A DNA stretch of 37,013 bases from Planctomycetota bacterium (GTDB lineage: Bacteria > Planctomycetota > UBA11346), in NCBI GenBank assembly GCA_038213315.1, contig JBBQTJ010000001.1, forward strand, positions 1-37,013. Reading direction: 5' to 3'. Both the position numbers and the translations under genes were made by a program. The stretch's first letter is position 1. The number at the start of each line of letters is the position of its first letter. Below are positions 8,295-16,123 of the stretch, piece by piece. The notes beneath the pieces are model-generated. The model saw only the letters and a program-made list of their open reading frames with translations. It was not told the origin of the DNA and searched no databases.

Positions 8295-8333
8295 GTCGCG
8301 GGGTCGCGGGGTCGCGGGGTCGCGGGGTCGCGA
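8295..8333. repeat. 8-bp microsatellite (GTCGCGGG) x ~4.9, forming GGGG-TCGC-GGGG-TCGC-GGGG-TCGC-GGGG on the plus strand
   Basis: Read directly. Units start at 8295, 8303, 8311 and 8319, with a partial unit at 8327. It lies between the HD-gene stop (8335) and the leuS start (8226). Confidence 0.9.
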
Positions 8334-8334
8334 C

Positions 8335-9012
8335 TCAGCCCAATTCCGCTTGGATCTGCGTCAGGAAGGTCACCAGAAAAGCATGCCGGCGGGCGGCTTC
8401 GAGCTGGGCGGTCTGGGTGTGCATACCGGCGGCCAGTTTCAGCAACTTGGCGGGCAGATGGTCCAGGCACTGACGGCGGTCGTCGAGGGCACGCCCGTCA
8501 TGGGCCAGGGGATCGGCGGGGTCGTAGAAACGGCCCGGGCGGCCCGGGCGGCTCATGAATTGGCCGCAGGCCACGGTGCGCAGCAGGCCAAGAGCTCCGA
8601 TGGCATCCAGGCGGTCGGCATCGTGCAGCACGCGGCCCAGGGGGCCGGTGGGGGCCAGACCGCGGGACCAGGACGAGGTGCGTACCGCTTCGGTGATCAG
8701 GGCGATCTCCTCTGCGGCGAAGCCGGCCGCGGCCAGCACTGCCGGCGCCGCAGCAGCCGAGCGCTCCCCGCCGGTGGCCCGGTCGGCACCGTCCTTGGGC
8801 ACGAAGACCAGATCGTGGACCAGGGCCGTGGCGCCGGCCAGTTCGATGTCGACACCGGCTTCCGGTGCCAAGCGCATGGCCCAGCGGGTCACGCGTTCAA
8901 GATGCAGGACGTCGTGGGCGAGTTCACCAGCAGGCAGGCTGGGCAGGACCAGGGCGTGAAGGCGAAGCAGACGTGGGTGGCGGGCCAGGCCCTCGCTCAC
9001 CGGCTGACCCAT
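8335..9012 (-). CDS. HD-domain metal-dependent phosphohydrolase
   Basis: 225 aa. It has AHDVLHLERV, LVHDLV and HDADRLDAIGALG, the pattern of HD-superfamily (YedJ-like) proteins. Confidence 0.8.
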   Translation of the reverse strand: MGQPVSEGLARHPRLLRLHALVLPSLPAGELAHDVLHLERVTRWAMRLAPEAGVDIELAGATALVHDLVFVPKDGADRATGGERSAAAAPAVLAAAGFAAEEIALITEAVRTSSWSRGLAPTGPLGRVLHDADRLDAIGALGLLRTVACGQFMSRPGRPGRFYDPADPLAHDGRALDDRRQCLDHLPAKLLKLAAGMHTQTAQLEAARRHAFLVTFLTQIQAELG

Positions 9013-9728
9013 TTCGCCGAGACGAAACCAAAGCCGCCCTTGTCCCGTGCCCCGGCCAGCTTGCGCTGCAGCTCCTGATGCTCTTCCTTGACCACACCGA
9101 AAATGTCGCCGCCCTGGGCGCCATAGACCAGCTCTATGCCGCCATTCTTTGGCTTGCGCACGCCGAACAGCGGCGGGCCGCTGATACTTTTGCCCTGCCC
9201 GATCAGCTCGTTGAGCTTGGCCGCGCGGGAGGTCAGGTCCTTGTCGATCTCAGTGGTCGCATTTGGCGCCGACCACATCACCAGGACATCCGGGCCGATC
9301 TTGGGCCCCGACGTATCAGGGGTGATCGCTGGCGTGGACCCGACCACCGGGGTCATGACCGGAGGTGGCGACGCGATCTGCCGCTCGGTTGCCAAGCGGC
9401 CACCAAGCATGTAGGCGATGGCGCACGAGGTGATCCACAGCAGGCAGATGGTGGCCGCCAGGCTCATGCTGATCTGCAGATGGCGGCGGCTGCGCGGCAG
9501 ATTGGCGCCGCCATCGTCATTGATCACCTGGGACGGCGGCGGCCGGTTGGCGGGCAGAGCCCCAGCCAGGGGCATCAGATGCGGGGCCACGCTGTCGCCC
9601 CGGCGCGGCTCTGACGGCATGGTCGCCAAGCCCGCTGGAGGCGGCGCGATGTTGGCGTTCTGCTCGGTGATGCGGCGCTGCACTTGCTGCAACGTGGAAT
9701 ACACCTGATCAGTGCGGCGGCGGAACAT
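8997..9728 (-). CDS. Hypothetical single-pass membrane protein
   Basis: I take ATG 9728 (MFRRRTDQVYSTLQQ...), giving 243 aa. There is one TM helix (LAATICLLWITSCAIAYMLGG) and a Pro-rich linker. The C-terminal globular part is ...ELVYGAQGGDIFGVVKEEHQELQRKLAGARDKGGFGFVSAKWVSR. The upstream 270 aa of the 514-aa track ORF are R/Q/G-rich and antisense to a better plus-strand gene. Confidence 0.5.
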   Translation of the reverse strand: MFRRRTDQVYSTLQQVQRRITEQNANIAPPPAGLATMPSEPRRGDSVAPHLMPLAGALPANRPPPSQVINDDGGANLPRSRRHLQISMSLAATICLLWITSCAIAYMLGGRLATERQIASPPPVMTPVVGSTPAITPDTSGPKIGPDVLVMWSAPNATTEIDKDLTSRAAKLNELIGQGKSISGPPLFGVRKPKNGGIELVYGAQGGDIFGVVKEEHQELQRKLAGARDKGGFGFVSAKWVSR

Positions 9729-9773
9729 GGTCGGCACGCTAGCACACCCCAGGGCAGGCGCCATGCTGCGAAC

Positions 9774-10661
9774 ATGGATCCAGGCTTGGCTGTCACCTGC
9801 ATGGGTCCTCCGGCCGTCCTGGTGGACCAGGCGCTGCTGGTTCCCGGCCCCTTGGGGCCCTTCCCCCTGCCCCTGGCCGGACTGCCCGCCCACACGCGCG
9901 CCGACCTGCTGGGCGCCACGCCTGAGGTTGATCTGTCGCTGCGGATCAGTTCGCTGCTGGCGGCTGGCGACCAGGACGAGGCCTGGCGCCTGGTCCTGGC
10001 GTATCCGCAGGACGCTGACCGGATCACCGCGACGCTGCTGACTTGGAGCGCCCGCGAACAGGCCCGCCTGGGCCTGCCGATCGCCAAGGGGCAATTGATC
10101 CCGCTGGCAGCGCCGCCCGGCAGCGAAGGGGCGGTGACCACCACCGTGGCCCTGCTGGCCGCCGCCCCGGGGCGCTGGTTCGGACCGCTGGTGGTGGCCG
10201 GGGCCGGGGCGACTTTCACGACCCTGGACGCCCCTGGCCTGCTGGTCCGCCCGGTGCTGCCGGCCCTGCGGCTGGCGGGCGGCGCGACCCGCAGCGCGGT
10301 GGCCGGGGGCGCCGCGCTGCTGATCCTGGCCCTGTCCCGTCCCCCCGCCGGCGGCTGGCCGGTTTGGCTGGTCGATGGCTGCACCGGCCTGGCCGTGGCA
10401 GTGGATCGGGATGGCCTGGTCAGCCCCCAGGCCATGCAGGCGCGCCGGCAGGCCGCGGGCGCGCCCGCGATCGATGCACTGCTGGAGGGTCGCCGCGTGG
10501 ACCCGGCTCTGGCCACCGCGGTGGTCGCCTACCTGCTGCATGAACGTCGCCGGACACGCCTCGCCAGCCTGTTGGACCTGCTGCGCTCGGGCGCCTCGTC
10601 CGCTGGCGCCCTGCGCATCGCCTACGATCTGACCGGCGGGCAGCTGGTGGGGCTGCGCTGA
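9774..10661 (+). CDS. Hypothetical Ala/Leu-rich protein
   Basis: This frame shows strong GC3 bias (ctg ctg ggc gcc acg ...) and a normal amino-acid composition. The start could be ATG 9774 or ATG 9801. I recognise no motif. Confidence 0.5.
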   Translation: MDPGLAVTCMGPPAVLVDQALLVPGPLGPFPLPLAGLPAHTRADLLGATPEVDLSLRISSLLAAGDQDEAWRLVLAYPQDADRITATLLTWSAREQARLGLPIAKGQLIPLAAPPGSEGAVTTTVALLAAAPGRWFGPLVVAGAGATFTTLDAPGLLVRPVLPALRLAGGATRSAVAGGAALLILALSRPPAGGWPVWLVDGCTGLAVAVDRDGLVSPQAMQARRQAAGAPAIDALLEGRRVDPALATAVVAYLLHERRRTRLASLLDLLRSGASSAGALRIAYDLTGGQLVGLR

Positions 10662-10702
10662 ATAAGCTGATCGTAGGTGGCGCTAGGGCGGCGCGCTTCA
10701 GA

Positions 10703-13267
10703 TCACTCGGGCCGACGGTCGGTGCTGCCGGGCTCGGGGTTGTGGTCAGTAGCCACGCTGCCATTCGCCGGAGCGGTCGAGGTGGCATTCAGGATCTTGC
10801 GGGTCAAGTCCCGGAAGCGGCGTTCCAGTGGCTCCAGCTCGGCCCGGGGCATGACGGCGGCATCGCGCCAGCGGCCCTGGATCGCTTTCACGTCGTCGCG
10901 GTACCACTGCGGGTTGTCGCGGCCGGCCAGCTCCTCTAGCTCGGTCAGCATGGCTTCGCGACGACGCATGCCTTCTTCCCGCTCGGCCTTCAGACCGTCG
11001 GTGTAGTCCGAAATCGCCGCCCAGGCGCGATCGCAGGCGGCATTGAAGCGGGCATTGATCGCGTCGATGTCGGTGCGCGGCACGAAGCCGACGCGACGCC
11101 AGTCGAACTGCACTTCCTGGAGACGGCGCTGCACTTGATTGGCGGTGACCAAGCCACGGGGCTGGGCCTTCTCGGCCTCGGCGGCCTGGGCGAGCTGCTC
11201 GATCGATTCGCAGATACGCTTCTTGGCTTCAAGGTTGGCCACCTGCTCCTGATCGCGTACCGCCAGGTCGGCCTTGTGCCGACTGAAGAAGCCGTCGGCG
11301 ACGTCACGGAACAGTCGCCAGATCTCCTGATCCGCCTCGCGCGGCACGGGGCCGACGGCCTTCCATTCCTGCTGGATGCCCTTCATGCGATCGACGGCGC
11401 GACGCTTGTGCTCGCGGTCCGCGACCGAACCGGCCAGGCCGATGGTGCCCTGGTCAAGCAGGGCACGGGCCTCGGTCAGCAGGGCCTGCTTGCGGGCCAG
11501 ATTCTCGGCCCGCAGGGCATCCTGTTCGGCAAACCAGGGCTGGCAGCGGACGAACTGGGCTTCGCAGGCAGCATGGAAGGCGTCCCACAGAAGTTGCTGC
11601 TTCTCGCGGGGCACTGGCCCCAGCTTCTTCCACTCGGCTTGCACGCGCTTGACCTCGCCAGCCAGCTGGCCCAGGTCAGTGATCTCGGCGAGGGCGGTAG
11701 CGGCGGCGACCAGGTTCTCGGCCTTGGCGACATGGGCAAAACGATCCCAGTCGCGGGCCTCGCGCAGATGGCGGACCGGCTCATAGGCGGCGTCGATAGC
11801 CGCGCGAAAGCGGTCACGGCGGGTGCCGAGTTGATCGGCGCGCACCGGGCCCACTGCGCGCCAACGGGCCTGGGCGGTGGTCATGGCGCGTTCGTGGGCC
11901 GACAAGGTGGCGGGATCGCTGGCCTCGGTCAGGGTCTGGGCTGCCGTGGCCAGGGCCTCGGCCTCGACCACCAGGGCGTCCATGGCGCCGATGCGATCCT
12001 CGCGCTGCTGCTGCCGGGCGATGCGGTCGTCTTGGCGACGGGCCTTGTAGCGGGCATAGGCGGCAGGGAAAGCGAGCCGGGCCGGGTGACTGTCCGGCAA
12101 CGCGGCCGACGCCGACATCCAGGTCTTGTGCAGCAGGTGGAATTCATGGGCGGTGTCCGCATCGGCCACCCCGTCAGCCAGGGCTTCGGCTTTGGCGTTG
12201 AGCGCGATCAGGGCCTCGGGGACCGGGATCTCAGGAATCACCGGCACGGGGGCGACCCGATTCAAGGCGATATCAAAGCGCGCCTGCAGGACACCGGCGA
12301 GCTCGGCGGGAACCGCCTCAAGGCCTCGCCAGCGGGCGAGCCACGCGGCACGGGCCGCGACCACGTCGTCAGGCTGCGTCTGGGCTTCCAGCTCGGCCAC
12401 CGCCGTTTCGCGGACCGCCACGATGGCGGCGCGGCGGGCGCGTTCGGCCTCCAGGCGAGAAGTCAGTTCCTGATGCGAACGGGTGAAGCGCGCGTGGATG
12501 GCGGCGGCGGCCTCATCCAAGGGTTCGCTGCCAGCCAAGGTCAGGGCCTGGTCCCAAGCCTGCTGCACGGCCGGCCATTCGCCTTGGGCTCGCTCAAGAT
12601 CAGCGGTCACCGCCAAGCGCAGGGCCCGCTCCAGCACTGGCTGCATGGCGGCGCGGCGGGCGATGCGGGTTTGCTCGGTGGTGGGACGGACTGCTTCTTC
12701 CACCGCGTGTTCGGCGCGCGCTGCGGCGGCCGTACGACTGGCCTCATGCTTGGCCTTCTTGGCGATGGTGCGCAGCGTGCTGCGCCGTTCCAGACGGGCC
12801 ACGGCGAGCGGGCCGATCTGGCCATCGGCGTCCTGGATGGCAATGGTCTCAAGCACGGCGGCGCTGGGTTCCGCCTGCGCGAGAAGCCGCGCCAAGGCGG
12901 CCTTGCGCACCTGCAGGTCACGAGCGCGCAGCGCCAACTCACCAAGAGATTTCTGATCGGCGATGCGCTCCAGCAGGAAGGCGCACTCGCCATGGGGCTT
13001 GGCCATCAACTGCTGCTCGGCAGCGCCCGAGAGGCGTTCGCCGGCGATGCGGCGCACGGCTTCGTCGCCAGTTTTCACCAGCTCTTGGAGCACCTTGAGG
13101 TCATCGACGCGGCGAGTGGCCGCGGCGCGGACACGGGGCTCGCTGTCGCCCAGGGCAAGTTCGCGGAAGATGCTTTGCTTGCCCTCATCCAGGGCCTGGA
13201 GGGCGCGTAGGCGGACCTCCGCATCGCGATGCTTCCACTTGGGGGTGCCAAAACCGAGGAATCCCAT
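10703..13267 (-). CDS. DUF349 repeat protein with N-terminal HEAT-like repeats
   Basis: 854 aa. It contains repeated DUF349-type units: VKRVQAEWKKLGPVPREKQQLLWDAFHAACEAQF, MKGIQQEWKAVGPVPREADQEIWRLFRDVADGFF, LQEVQFDWRRVGFVPRTDIDAINARFNAACDRAW and VKAIQGRWRDAAVMPRAELEPLERRF. The N-terminus has DAEVRLRALQAL and DSEPRVRAAA, which are HEAT/PBS-like. Confidence 0.8.
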   Translation of the reverse strand: MGFLGFGTPKWKHRDAEVRLRALQALDEGKQSIFRELALGDSEPRVRAAATRRVDDLKVLQELVKTGDEAVRRIAGERLSGAAEQQLMAKPHGECAFLLERIADQKSLGELALRARDLQVRKAALARLLAQAEPSAAVLETIAIQDADGQIGPLAVARLERRSTLRTIAKKAKHEASRTAAAARAEHAVEEAVRPTTEQTRIARRAAMQPVLERALRLAVTADLERAQGEWPAVQQAWDQALTLAGSEPLDEAAAAIHARFTRSHQELTSRLEAERARRAAIVAVRETAVAELEAQTQPDDVVAARAAWLARWRGLEAVPAELAGVLQARFDIALNRVAPVPVIPEIPVPEALIALNAKAEALADGVADADTAHEFHLLHKTWMSASAALPDSHPARLAFPAAYARYKARRQDDRIARQQQREDRIGAMDALVVEAEALATAAQTLTEASDPATLSAHERAMTTAQARWRAVGPVRADQLGTRRDRFRAAIDAAYEPVRHLREARDWDRFAHVAKAENLVAAATALAEITDLGQLAGEVKRVQAEWKKLGPVPREKQQLLWDAFHAACEAQFVRCQPWFAEQDALRAENLARKQALLTEARALLDQGTIGLAGSVADREHKRRAVDRMKGIQQEWKAVGPVPREADQEIWRLFRDVADGFFSRHKADLAVRDQEQVANLEAKKRICESIEQLAQAAEAEKAQPRGLVTANQVQRRLQEVQFDWRRVGFVPRTDIDAINARFNAACDRAWAAISDYTDGLKAEREEGMRRREAMLTELEELAGRDNPQWYRDDVKAIQGRWRDAAVMPRAELEPLERRFRDLTRKILNATSTAPANGSVATDHNPEPGSTDRRPE

Positions 13268-13404
13268 AGCCAGCCTTTCTCAGGAGCGCCGTTTTTGGCG
13301 CGGGAAAGCAGAATAGGCCCGAGGGGAGAGGGGCAAGGCGCCACTGCCGTCGGCCGGCACCCCCGCTTGGCAAAGGCTTTGCGGGACTTTCCAGGGCCTC
13401 CACC

Positions 13405-13893
13405 ATGCGCCGCCGCGGATCGACCATGCGCCCCGACCTTGAAGAACTGCTCACCGTCAGCTTCGCCGCCCTGACCGGCGGCGACCTGCGCGCCGTGGCC
13501 GCGGCCGGTGATGCCCCCCTCTATGATGCCCCCGCTGTGCTGCTGATGCACGGCACCGAAGACGATCCGGTCTTCTGCTACGCCAACCGCACCGCCCAGG
13601 CCCTGTGGGGCTATGACTGGGACGAGTTCATCACCCTGCCCTCACGCCGCTCGGCCGAGCCAATGGCCCAGGCCGAACGCGAGCGTCTGCTGGCCCAGGC
13701 ACGGGGCCGGGGTTTCATCGACGATTATCAGGGCATCCGCATCGCCAAAAACGGCCGACGCTTTCAGATTGACGGCGTGGTGCTGTGGAACGTAGTGGTC
13801 GGAGGCGTGCGCCATGGACAAGCGGCGGTGTTCCGCCACTGGACCGACCTCACGCTGCCACCGGACCGGATCAGGTCCGACAGCGCGCGATAG
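13405..13893 (+). CDS. Stand-alone MEKHLA (PAS-like) domain protein
   Basis: FCYANRTAQALWGYDWDEFITLPSRRSAEPMAQAERERLLAQARGRGFIDDYQGIRIAKNGRRFQIDGVVLWNVV matches my memory of bacterial MEKHLA proteins. The start could be 13405 or 13426. Confidence 0.7.
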   Translation: MRRRGSTMRPDLEELLTVSFAALTGGDLRAVAAAGDAPLYDAPAVLLMHGTEDDPVFCYANRTAQALWGYDWDEFITLPSRRSAEPMAQAERERLLAQARGRGFIDDYQGIRIAKNGRRFQIDGVVLWNVVVGGVRHGQAAVFRHWTDLTLPPDRIRSDSAR

Positions 13894-13950
13894 CCTGCCG
13901 GCCAGTCCACCACAGTTCCGCTCTGAAAACACCGACGCCGCCAACCCCGC

Positions 13951-15084
13951 TCAGCGAATCAAGGCCGCCCAGCCCCAGATGCCGGTGGCTGCTGCGGTGG
14001 TGCCCGCAGGCCGGGCACACTCCAAGGTCAAGCTTTCGGCTCCGTCGGTGGCGACGCCGCACGACATCGGCACGTCGCCGGCCCGCCGGGGACCGGACGA
14101 CCACAGCACGGTGCTGCCGCGCAGGACGCGGAAGTCCACGCTGCCGGGGGAGCCATCGGTGACGGCAACCTCGGCCACCAGGCGTGCGGCGCCCGCCGCC
14201 GGCACGACGACGCTGGAACCGGCCCGCAGGCACAGGCCACGATCCCAGGAGCGGCCGGCGGCATGCAGCACGCCGCCATCGCTACCACGATTCCTCAGCA
14301 GCATGCCCGGCTCATCCAGCAGGGCTTGCTGGGTGGGGGCGGGCAGGGTCAGCAGACCCAGCGGCTGTACCGCGCCGCTTTCAGTCCACGCCGCCCGCAC
14401 CAATAACAGCGGCACCGGCACGAGGCCGGCGAGCGTCTGTATTGATAAAGATGCGCCACCCGTGGGCCGACCCGCCAGACGGCTGCCGTCTGCCAGCAGC
14501 AGGCGTAGCCCGGGCGCAACTGGCGCGGCGCCCGCGAAGAGCAGTAGATCGACACGGGACCGCGGGACTTGCATCACCTTGCGGCCGGTGTCGATGCCCA
14601 CAGCTTGGTCGTTGAGGAAGGCGCAGGTGCCCGAGACCCGATCGCCATTGGCCAGCCAAGCTCCGCCCTGGTCCACTGGCAGTGTATCCAGGGCCGCCAG
14701 ACTGCGCGGGGCCAGCACCACGGCCCGCATCTGCGCGAAGGGAATGGTCAGTGCGCCGGCCTGATCGCTGTCGACCTGCACCTGGCCCGCCTGCACCGAG
14801 CTGACCACGCCGCGCAGGATGGTGCCGTCGCGCAGGACCACACCCTGGTCGAGGGCGGTGGCGCGATCCCCTGGCACGGTCAGCCCCACCAACGCATCGA
14901 GCGCGATCCGTTCGCCGCCCACTGCCACGCCAGCGTTGGTCATGGCGAAGGCGCCCGTGACCTGCCGGCCATCGCCGGTCAGCGCGGTCGCGTCACTGGC
15001 GACCACCCCGGCGCATAATGCCAGCATGGTCAGAACGCGCTGCATTCCGCGCGACGCCCAAGACATGGCCTGCCCCGCGCTCAT
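13951..15084 (-). CDS. Secreted protein with a C-terminal NPCBM-like (putative glycan-binding) module; last gene of the MoxR operon
   Basis: I take ATG 15084 (ATGA overlap with the upstream stop, 15081-15084). Signal-like segment: MQRVLTMLALCAGVVASDA. The C-terminus, GRSWDRGLCLRAGSSVVVPAAGAARLVAEVAVTDGSPGSVDFRVLRGSTVLWSSG...ESLTLECA...GIWGWAALI, follows the NPCBM pattern (G-Y-kG-g-H--S...F-a-vGvdD...gSv-F-V--DG...L-L-v...WadA-l). Confidence 0.55.
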   Translation of the reverse strand: MSAGQAMSWASRGMQRVLTMLALCAGVVASDATALTGDGRQVTGAFAMTNAGVAVGGERIALDALVGLTVPGDRATALDQGVVLRDGTILRGVVSSVQAGQVQVDSDQAGALTIPFAQMRAVVLAPRSLAALDTLPVDQGGAWLANGDRVSGTCAFLNDQAVGIDTGRKVMQVPRSRVDLLLFAGAAPVAPGLRLLLADGSRLAGRPTGGASLSIQTLAGLVPVPLLLVRAAWTESGAVQPLGLLTLPAPTQQALLDEPGMLLRNRGSDGGVLHAAGRSWDRGLCLRAGSSVVVPAAGAARLVAEVAVTDGSPGSVDFRVLRGSTVLWSSGPRRAGDVPMSCGVATDGAESLTLECARPAGTTAAATGIWGWAALIR

Positions 15085-16115
15085 CGCTGGTAGATCGGCA
15101 GATAACGGTTGGTCACACCGAGGATCAGCAGCGACATGGCAGTGGGATACTGGTCCCAGCCGCCAGCCCAGAAGCCGCCCTTGTCCATGCGGGACAGCAG
15201 GGTGTTCACCATGGCGGGATAAAAGGTGCGCCAAGCGTTCTGGCCGCTCTGGCCCAGGGCCTGGGCTTGGTAGAGGCCCATGGTCGTGTAGTAGGCGCCG
15301 TAGTACCAGTGCTCCTTGGCCTTGGGGTCCTCCGTTCCTATGGGCTGGAAGCGGCTGAGGTAGGCCACGCCGTCGCTGATCTCGGGGGTGCGGTAGAGGC
15401 CAGCGACCTGCAACGAGGTCAGGCCGGCGCCGGTGCGAGCCCAGCCCGATTCACTGCCCAGGGTGTAGGCGAAGCCGCCGTCCTTGCCCTTGGCGGTGGG
15501 ATTGTGGCAGGCGCGCACATAGCCGATGGCGGCTTCGATGGTCTCTTTCGGCACCGCGATACCCGCGTCCTTGGCGGCGCGCAGGGCCATCAGCTGGAAC
15601 ACCGTCACCGACAGGTCCGCATCACTGATCTTAGGCTCGTAGCGCCAGCCGCCCTGAGTGTTCTGCGTGGCGACGATCAGGTCGCAAGCGCGCTTGAGGG
15701 CATCCCGCAGGTCCTTGTCGTTGCCCTCGCCCCAACCCTCGGCCAGGGCCAGGGTGGCCAGGCCGTGGTGGTACATGGGCGCCCCGGGCATGCCGCGGCG
15801 GAACAGCAGGCCGTCGGGCTGGGACGACTTGACGATGAACTGGAGGGCCCGGGCGGTCTGCTGGCCGAACTCGCCCTCGCCGGGCAAGTGGCCGTGGGCC
15901 ATCAGCGCCAGGGCGCACACCGCCACGATGCCGGTGGTGCCGCCCCAGCTGCCGGGCCAGGCGCCATCCGCGCGCTGCGACCCGGCCAGCCCCGCCACCG
16001 CGCGCTTGGCGGCCTGCTGGGCCGGCACGGACAGTTCGTCGGCGGCATCAAAGGAGGCCGCCGGCGACGCCAGCGCCATGGTCAGGACCAATACGACGAG
16101 GATGCGGACGCTCAT
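15081..16115 (-). CDS. Secreted prenyltransferase/squalene-oxidase-repeat (alpha/alpha toroid) protein
   Basis: Signal peptide MSVRILVVLVLTMALASPAAS. Terpenoid-cyclase-type repeat motifs are present: SQRADGAWPG, SSQPDGLL, TQNTQGGWRYEP, GKDGGFAY. The alternative TTG start at 16127 would overlap the upstream stop as TTGA. Confidence 0.75.
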   Translation of the reverse strand: MSVRILVVLVLTMALASPAASFDAADELSVPAQQAAKRAVAGLAGSQRADGAWPGSWGGTTGIVAVCALALMAHGHLPGEGEFGQQTARALQFIVKSSQPDGLLFRRGMPGAPMYHHGLATLALAEGWGEGNDKDLRDALKRACDLIVATQNTQGGWRYEPKISDADLSVTVFQLMALRAAKDAGIAVPKETIEAAIGYVRACHNPTAKGKDGGFAYTLGSESGWARTGAGLTSLQVAGLYRTPEISDGVAYLSRFQPIGTEDPKAKEHWYYGAYYTTMGLYQAQALGQSGQNAWRTFYPAMVNTLLSRMDKGGFWAGGWDQYPTAMSLLILGVTNRYLPIYQR

Positions 16116-16123
16116 GGCTGCGC

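Noticed and set aside
9729-10541. Upstream 270 codons of the 514-aa minus-strand ORF 8997-10541
   Set aside because: This part is R/Q/G-rich low-complexity sequence antisense to a plus-strand frame with strong GC3 bias. I truncated the gene to the ATG at 9728.
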